DNA of 64,000 nucleotides from a virus: IMG/VR virus record IMGVR_UViG_3300045988_155139; one strand, 5' to 3'. Shown piece by piece: positions 58,711 to 64,000 of this stretch (position 1 is its first letter; each line of letters starts with the position of its first letter). The notes under the pieces were generated by a model. It saw only the letters and a program-made list of their open reading frames with translations, ran no database searches and was not told where the DNA came from. The position numbers and the translations under genes were made by a program.

Positions 58711-59181
58711 ATGGATAAGATAGATTATTATTTGAATATTGCAGAAGTAGTATCACAAAAAAGTACTTGCCTCCAAAAACATTGGGGTGCGATTATCGTA
58801 AAAGATAGTGTGATTGTTTCTACTGGATATAATGGAGCACCCAGAAAGATAGCCAGTTGTCAAGAGAGAGGGACTTGCTTCAGAGTCAACTCTCCTCGTG
58901 GGACTGATTACTCATCTTGTCCAGCCGTTCACAGTGAGCAAAATGCCATAATTTTCGGAAACAGAGAGGACATGAAGTGTGCAACTATGTATTTGGTAGG
59001 ACTACAATCTTATCCAGATGGAGAATGGCAATATGTTAAAAATCCAGCACCTTGTTCTCTTTGTAAAAGAATGATTGTTAATGCTGGAATAAAGAAAGTG
59101 ATTGTTAGATGTGGAAAAAATTCTTATAAAGAATTAGACCCTAGCTATTGGAATATTGAAGATATTACTGGAGGTTACTAA
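58711..59181 (+). CDS. dCMP deaminase
   Basis: VHSEQNAI (H-x-E zinc ligand motif) and PCSLCKRMI (PCxxC) characteristic of deoxycytidylate deaminases; 156 aa. Confidence 0.7.
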   Translation: MDKIDYYLNIAEVVSQKSTCLQKHWGAIIVKDSVIVSTGYNGAPRKIASCQERGTCFRVNSPRGTDYSSCPAVHSEQNAIIFGNREDMKCATMYLVGLQSYPDGEWQYVKNPAPCSLCKRMIVNAGIKKVIVRCGKNSYKELDPSYWNIEDITGGY

Positions 59182-59507
59182 TGGAATTAAGTGAAACTGA
59201 AATTTATAAAAAATATTTATACAATATAGAATTAAAGAAAGACTCTGTCATAATCACAGAAGGTTTTATTGGAGATAATGTATCAATAGAGATTATTGAC
59301 CATAATCTTAAAAAACCAAAAACAAAAACTCTCAGAGGAGAATGTTTGGAATGTGATACTGAAGAGAAACTTGATAATTTTTTATATGGATTGGTACATG
59401 AATATGTTCTGACTAAAACCAAAATCTTGGCAAAGGATGAAGTCAGACAACATGTAATAGAAGCTTGGAAAAATTGGAAAGGAGGTGGAAAATATGGACA
59501 GAGATGA
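59181..59507 (+). CDS. hypothetical protein
   Basis: 108 aa. Confidence 0.45.
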   Translation: MELSETEIYKKYLYNIELKKDSVIITEGFIGDNVSIEIIDHNLKKPKTKTLRGECLECDTEEKLDNFLYGLVHEYVLTKTKILAKDEVRQHVIEAWKNWKGGGKYGQR

Positions 59508-59898
59508 AGAAGCTAAAAACATGATGCAAGAAATAGCCAAAAACATAGAAAGTAAATTGCCAGAAGGTATGGGCTTTTGTTTATTAGCATTTGATTTTGG
59601 AGACAAACCTCTTCGTAGATTGAATTATGTTAGTAATGCTGAAAGAGAAGACATTGTCAAAACCATGAAAGAGTGGATAGCTAAAACAGAAGGTAATTTT
59701 GGAAAACATGTTGACAATTCTAAACCAGAATGGTTAGATTTTGAGAACTTATTAAAACAGAACTTTGGTTTTAACCAAAAAATTTGGTGTCTTAACAAGT
59801 TAGATTTCTCAGATTTCTTGACTACATTTGGTGCAATTAAAGAAGCACAACAAAAAGGTTATGATTGGTCAGATTACCAATTTACAAAAGTAGATTAG
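59485..59898 (+). CDS. hypothetical protein
   Basis: 137 aa. Confidence 0.45.
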   Translation: MENMDRDEEAKNMMQEIAKNIESKLPEGMGFCLLAFDFGDKPLRRLNYVSNAEREDIVKTMKEWIAKTEGNFGKHVDNSKPEWLDFENLLKQNFGFNQKIWCLNKLDFSDFLTTFGAIKEAQQKGYDWSDYQFTKVD

Positions 59899-59910
59899 GA
59901 GGAAAACACA

Positions 59911-60087
59911 ATGTGGACTTTATTCTCAATTGTTTTAACCCTATGGATTTTTAGCAAATTAGTTCTTAACATCTTTGAAATTTTTGTTAGATGCGAAGAA
60001 AGAGCTGCACATCTTAAATGGTCAAAAGATTTACAAAATGAAATAGCCTCTACCAAAGGTGAAATTTCAGAAAAAGATGAAGATTAG
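59911..60087 (+). CDS. small membrane protein upstream of flotillin
   Basis: 58 aa ORF not in track; GGAGGAAAACACA RBS; one TM helix (LFSIVLTLWIF). Confidence 0.4.
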   Translation: MWTLFSIVLTLWIFSKLVLNIFEIFVRCEERAAHLKWSKDLQNEIASTKGEISEKDED

Positions 60088-60115
60088 AAAATTAAAATAA
60101 AGGAGAAAGATTTTT

Positions 60116-61582
60116 ATGTTAACAGGAATAATTATTGGAATAGTTGTAATTATATTGATACTATTTGTTTTGATGAGTTATGTAAAATGCCCACCAGACA
60201 TGGTTTATTTAATATCAGGGCTAAGAAAAGAACCAAGAGTAATAATTGGAAAAGCTACTCTTAGAATTCCATTTTTTGAAAGAGTAGACAAATTGACATT
60301 GGAACTAATACAAATTGATGTCAGAACATCACAAGTCCCAACGGCAGACTTTATCAATGTGGATGTTGACGCTGTAGCAAATGTCAGAATACCTAATAAT
60401 GCTGAACTTATACAAGTTGCAGCTAGACACTTTTTAAACCAAGAAGCTAGTTATATCTCTAGAAATGTTCAACAAGTTTTAGAGGGAAATATGAGAGAAA
60501 TAATTGGACAAATGAACCTAGTTGATTTAGTAAACAATAAGCAAATGTTCTCAACCCAAATTCAAGAGAATGCCAAGGATGATATTCAAAACATTGGTTT
60601 AGAGATTGTTAACTTGAATGTACAATCTTGCACAGATGAAAATAATGCTATAAACGACTTGGGTATTGACAATTTATCTAAAATTCAAAAAAGTGCAAAA
60701 ATTGCTAAAGCTGAAGCAGAAAAAGAGATTAAAATTGCTGAGTCTGTAGCAGATGAAGAAGGAGCTAAAGCCAGAGCTGAAGCAGATGCCAAAATCGCTG
60801 AACAACAAAAGAATTTGGAAATCAAGAAAGCACAATTTAAGATTGAGCAAGATAAAAAGAAAGCAGAAGCTGATGCAGCATACTCTATCCAAGAAGCAGA
60901 ACAAAGAAAAACTGTAAATGAAGCAACTGTTGCAGCAGAAGTAGCTAAAGCTGAAAAGATGACAGAACTTAAAGAAAAAGAAGTAGCTCTTAAAGAGAAA
61001 GAACTAGATGCTTTGGTAAGAAAACAAGCAGATGCTGAAAAATATAAAATTGAACAAGAAGCAGAAGCCCAAAAATTAGCAAGAATTCAAAAAGCTGAAG
61101 CTGAGGCCAAAGAAGCAGAATATCAGGCTAAAGCCAGAATTGAGATTGCCAAAGCCAATAAACAAGCTGCTGAATTGGATGCAGCCGGAATAAAAGCTAA
61201 AGCTTTAGCAGAAGCTGATGGAAAAAAAGCTATGTTATTGGCAGAAGCTGAAGGTATTAAACAAAAAGCATTGGCTGAGGCTGAGGGTATTGAGAAGAAA
61301 GCTGAAGCTCAAGCCAAAATGAAAGAAGCTTCAATCATTGAGATGATATGTCAAGCATTACCAGGAATTGCCAAAGAAGTATCAGCACCATTAAGCAATG
61401 TAGACAGTATCACAATGTATGGTGACCAATCAACAGAATTGATAGAAAATAATACACAAAAAATAGATAAAATCTTAAAAGTAGCACAAGACTCATTAGG
61501 GTTAGATTTAAAATCAATGATAACTGGATTTGCAGCTAAAACACTAATTGACGACCATAAGGAGAACAATGACCAAGACTAA
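60116..61582 (+). CDS. flotillin-like SPFH/band-7 protein
   Basis: N-terminal TM helix, SPFH-like core (VYLISGLRKEPRVIIGKATLRIPFFERV...), long coiled coil with A/E/K repeats (KAEAEKEIKIAE...) typical of YqiK/FloA-type flotillins. Confidence 0.65.
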   Translation: MLTGIIIGIVVIILILFVLMSYVKCPPDMVYLISGLRKEPRVIIGKATLRIPFFERVDKLTLELIQIDVRTSQVPTADFINVDVDAVANVRIPNNAELIQVAARHFLNQEASYISRNVQQVLEGNMREIIGQMNLVDLVNNKQMFSTQIQENAKDDIQNIGLEIVNLNVQSCTDENNAINDLGIDNLSKIQKSAKIAKAEAEKEIKIAESVADEEGAKARAEADAKIAEQQKNLEIKKAQFKIEQDKKKAEADAAYSIQEAEQRKTVNEATVAAEVAKAEKMTELKEKEVALKEKELDALVRKQADAEKYKIEQEAEAQKLARIQKAEAEAKEAEYQAKARIEIAKANKQAAELDAAGIKAKALAEADGKKAMLLAEAEGIKQKALAEAEGIEKKAEAQAKMKEASIIEMICQALPGIAKEVSAPLSNVDSITMYGDQSTELIENNTQKIDKILKVAQDSLGLDLKSMITGFAAKTLIDDHKENNDQD

Positions 61583-61760
61583 TTGGCAATTATGTCAGTC
61601 ACTAGATGGAACCTGGTGGTATCAGGATTTAATGACCGGAGCAAAATTACCACCAGGTCTTAAAAATATTTGCAATTTTCCAGAAGGTTTTAAAACTATA
61701 AAAATACCTAAAATCGAGTTAAGTTCTATTAAAAATAAGGAGGAAAAGAATGGAAATTAA
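61548..61760 (+). CDS. hypothetical protein
   Basis: 70 aa. Confidence 0.4.
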   Translation: MTTIRRTMTKTNWQLCQSLDGTWWYQDLMTGAKLPPGLKNICNFPEGFKTIKIPKIELSSIKNKEEKNGN

Positions 61761-62388
61761 AAGATATACGGATGAGGAATTTTTCAATTGTAAATTGAGG
61801 GGAGCAAACAATGTAGTAAAAGCAGTCTTTGGGGAGAATGAAAAGTTCAAGAATATTCCACCCAGTGTACTAGAAAATGCAGCAAAAAGAGGTACAGCTG
61901 TTCATAAATGTATCGAAGATTATATGAATAGTCTAAAATCTGGAAAACCTCAAGAACCAACCATTCCGTTGGAATATGACATATATCTACATTATTTCAA
62001 TGAGTGGAGAAAAGAGAGAGCAACGATAGAAAGAGTATATGAAACAGAATGCAAAATTATCTCAGAAGAATTAGCATGTAAAGGAATTATAGACTGTATT
62101 GCCAAAATAAAAACAGATGTAGATGATGAGTCTAAAATATGTATGATAGATTGGAAAACTTCTAGTGGATTAGACATGTTCAGAACACAATGCCAATTAC
62201 AATTATACTATGAAATGATGATGGAAGAATACCCAGATATATGCAAAGAAATCCAAGAACTAAGAGTTTTGAGTCTAACAAAAAGAGAATATCGATGGTT
62301 CAAATTCCCTATAGATAGGAGTTTGGGTCAAAGTATTTTATATCTTTATAAAAACTATTTCAGAGAAGAAGCGGAGAGGAGAAAATAG
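61750..62388 (+). CDS. PD-(D/E)xK nuclease-like protein
   Basis: IDCIAKI...ICMIDWKTSSG resembles the (D/E)xK core of RecB/Cas4-family nucleases; 212 aa. Confidence 0.4.
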   Translation: MEIKRYTDEEFFNCKLRGANNVVKAVFGENEKFKNIPPSVLENAAKRGTAVHKCIEDYMNSLKSGKPQEPTIPLEYDIYLHYFNEWRKERATIERVYETECKIISEELACKGIIDCIAKIKTDVDDESKICMIDWKTSSGLDMFRTQCQLQLYYEMMMEEYPDICKEIQELRVLSLTKREYRWFKFPIDRSLGQSILYLYKNYFREEAERRK

Positions 62389-62457
62389 AGTGGAATGGTT
62401 CGACATACCCGGATTTAAAGGTCGATATAAAATAAATATGCTGACCGTGAATAACTT

Positions 62458-62494
62458 ATAAACTGTTTACATTAGTCTTTTGATATGATATAAT
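62458..62494 (+). promoter_or_regulatory. conserved phage promoter
   Basis: TAAACTGTTTACA (-35 62466-62471), 17 nt, TGATATAAT (62486-62494). Confidence 0.6.
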
Positions 62495-62524
62495 AATCAC
62501 AAAAATAGAAGGGAGGAAAAATCT

Positions 62525-63382
62525 ATGACTAACAAGATAATATGTCCTGATTGTGAAATGGAAGTCGACAAGCTAGTTTCTTCAACTGGGACATGTTTTT
62601 TATGTTACAAAAGAATGCAAAATATGAAATACCGAAAAGAAGAGTATGTTCCATTAGTAAAGATTAAAGGAACCAAAGAATACAATCGAGCAATGGGTCA
62701 TAGAAAGGGAGCATTAAATCGAAAATCTGCAAAAGAAAAGAATTCAGACATAAATAAGAAAACCAGAAATATTGTCAAAAGTAAAATTTTAAAGATTGAG
62801 GGATATGAATACATTGACGTTAACCCTAATAAAATCTTAGAAACAATAGACTATTTGAAATATTGTTTAGATAATGTTCCAAAAATGGAAGAACAAGTTA
62901 CGGCTATGCAAGAAGAAATGCTATTGATTACTCACCAAAAAGAACAAACTGATGGACCGGGAGACCCTGAGTATGAAAAGTTATCTATTCGAGAATATTC
63001 TATATTGAAATACAGGAGATTGATTAAAGACTCATTGGTTTATTTGAGGAGAATAAATCCCAAAATACTTAATGAAGATTTAGAAAAAGAATTAGTTGAA
63101 ACCAAAGAACTTTATGCTAAGGACGAATATGTTCCAAAATACCAGAGTAAAAACCAATATATTGTATCAGTAAACGTTGGAGGGTTACATGGGAGTTCTA
63201 AAATAGAATTATTCAGAAGACATGTATACTCAGATGATGAAATTTCTGCAAAGGCTTATGTTGAAAATTTTCTAAAAGGTTTGAATAATATTACAATCTA
63301 TGGTAAAACATGGAAAATTGAAGAAGTTAAAGGAGGGTCTGTTCTCAATTTTGATAAATCTCTCAGGGTCAGAACATTTTGA
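62525..63382 (+). CDS. hypothetical protein with N-terminal zinc ribbon
   Basis: CPDCEM...CFLCY; 285 aa. Confidence 0.5.
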   Translation: MTNKIICPDCEMEVDKLVSSTGTCFLCYKRMQNMKYRKEEYVPLVKIKGTKEYNRAMGHRKGALNRKSAKEKNSDINKKTRNIVKSKILKIEGYEYIDVNPNKILETIDYLKYCLDNVPKMEEQVTAMQEEMLLITHQKEQTDGPGDPEYEKLSIREYSILKYRRLIKDSLVYLRRINPKILNEDLEKELVETKELYAKDEYVPKYQSKNQYIVSVNVGGLHGSSKIELFRRHVYSDDEISAKAYVENFLKGLNNITIYGKTWKIEEVKGGSVLNFDKSLRVRTF

Positions 63383-63415
63383 CCCTGAGAGATTTATCAA
63401 AATTGAGAACAGACC
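63336..63415. repeat. 35-bp perfect inverted repeat with 10-nt spacer
   Basis: GGTCTGTTCTCAATTTTGATAAATCTCTCAGGGTC (63336-63370) is the exact reverse complement of 63381-63415. Confidence 0.9.
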
Positions 63416-63428
63416 CCTTTTCACTAAA

Positions 63429-63818
63429 CCTATTGGAGGCTTATGGGCTAGTCCTATAGATGCTCCTCGCAGTTGGGAAAATTGGTGTAAAAAAGAACAT
63501 TTTCATTTGGATAGATTGGAAAAGAATTTTAAATTTAGGTTAAAACCAGATGCAAAAGTTTTATACATCAATTATGCTGAGAGATTAGACAGTTTGCCTA
63601 AAGTAAAACCTCAAATGGGATTAGAACATTTTGATAGTTGGGATTGTTTGGATTTTGAAAAATTGGCTAAGAAATATGATGCTGTAGAATTATCACTAAG
63701 CAATGAGACAACCCAAAGCACTCATCCTTGGAAAGGTTTATACCATAGACTATATGGTTGGGATTGTGATAGTATTTTAATAATGAATAAAGATTGTATA
63801 GAATTGGAGGAAGATTAA
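63429..63818 (+). CDS. hypothetical protein
   Basis: track ORF 63300-63818; N-terminal part overlaps the inverted repeat, so the start is uncertain. Confidence 0.35.
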   Translation, partial: PIGGLWASPIDAPRSWENWCKKEHFHLDRLEKNFKFRLKPDAKVLYINYAERLDSLPKVKPQMGLEHFDSWDCLDFEKLAKKYDAVELSLSNETTQSTHPWKGLYHRLYGWDCDSILIMNKDCIELEED

Positions 63819-64000
63819 ATGGAACCAGAAGAGTTAGATGTTACTCGAGATATAGAGTATATCAATAATGAAATCATATCATCTACAAATGAGAAAGATA
63901 GCTATATAAAATACTCAAGAGCCTTAAATGCCGTTTCTTTAATAGGGGCACCAAAATCTCAATTTGAGAAATATTGGTCTAGTAAATATATCAGAAGACC
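63819..64000 (+). CDS. hypothetical protein (truncated by window end)
   Basis: ATG 63819 after GGAGGAAG RBS; open to the window end. Confidence 0.4.
   Translation, partial: MEPEELDVTRDIEYINNEIISSTNEKDSYIKYSRALNAVSLIGAPKSQFEKYWSSKYIRR

Noticed and set aside
517-61569. All minus-strand ORFs in the six-frame track (e.g. 517-744, 15234-15605, 29678-30109, 39299-39718, 55723-56184)
   Set aside because: Each is fully embedded antisense in a longer + strand gene, lacks an RBS, and has the low-complexity Ser/Phe/Leu-rich composition expected from the reverse strand of AT-rich coding DNA. The genome is uniformly + stranded.
1-64000. Integrase/excisionase, attP, or lysogeny module
   Set aside because: No tyrosine or serine recombinase motifs, CI-like repressor or divergent promoter pair were found. 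The window looks like a virulent phage or a region lacking the lysogeny module.

Overview
This 64 kb window is all genes on the + strand, AT-rich, with AGGAGG-type ribosome-binding sites and several TTG/GTG starts. It reads as a contiguous piece of a large tailed phage (siphovirus-like; no sheath gene seen) of a low-GC Gram-positive host. Minus-strand ORFs in the track are all short and embedded in + genes; I treat them as spurious. Layout: (1) 1-5.7 kb, small early genes, each behind its own copy of a conserved promoter. (2) 5.8-16.1 kb, replication and nucleotide metabolism: Sak4-like ATPase, DUF669-like protein, family-B DNA polymerase, dNMP kinase, MazG-like NTP pyrophosphohydrolase, ThyA-family enzyme, HTH regulator, P4/D5-type primase-helicase. 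An iteron/AT-rich ori-like region follows at 16.15-16.66 kb. (3) 16.7-22.7 kb: putative small terminase, large terminase, HExxH protein, portal, head-morphogenesis protein, HNH endonuclease. (4) 22.99-24.05 kb: tRNA cluster (Thr, Cys, Gln, Trp, Tyr, Ser confidently; Met probable; two further tRNA-like elements unresolved). (5) 24.1-34.5 kb: DHH/DHHA1 phosphoesterase, coiled-coil scaffold-like protein, holin plus GH25-LysM endolysin, three fibre-like proteins sharing a motif, a multi-TM protein, a membrane-anchored sigma-region-4 protein, a Cys-rich repeat protein. (6) 34.7-47.7 kb: major capsid, head-tail connectors, major tail, chaperones with a -1 frameshift site, tape measure, freestanding HNH, large tail proteins including one with ~12 Listeria-Bacteroides-type repeats. 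(7) 48-64 kb: small membrane and zinc-ribbon proteins, two more homing-endonuclease-like genes, SNF2-like helicase, ATP-dependent DNA ligase, dCMP deaminase, a phage-encoded flotillin/SPFH protein, and a PD-(D/E)xK nuclease. Candidates for novel biology: a probable thymidine-replacement (5-hydroxymethyl-dU-type) nucleotide module; a flotillin next to a nuclease; a DHH phosphoesterase; a membrane-tethered sigma-4 protein; a Cys-rich repeat protein; a 35-bp perfect inverted repeat; and two families of repeated regulatory motifs.
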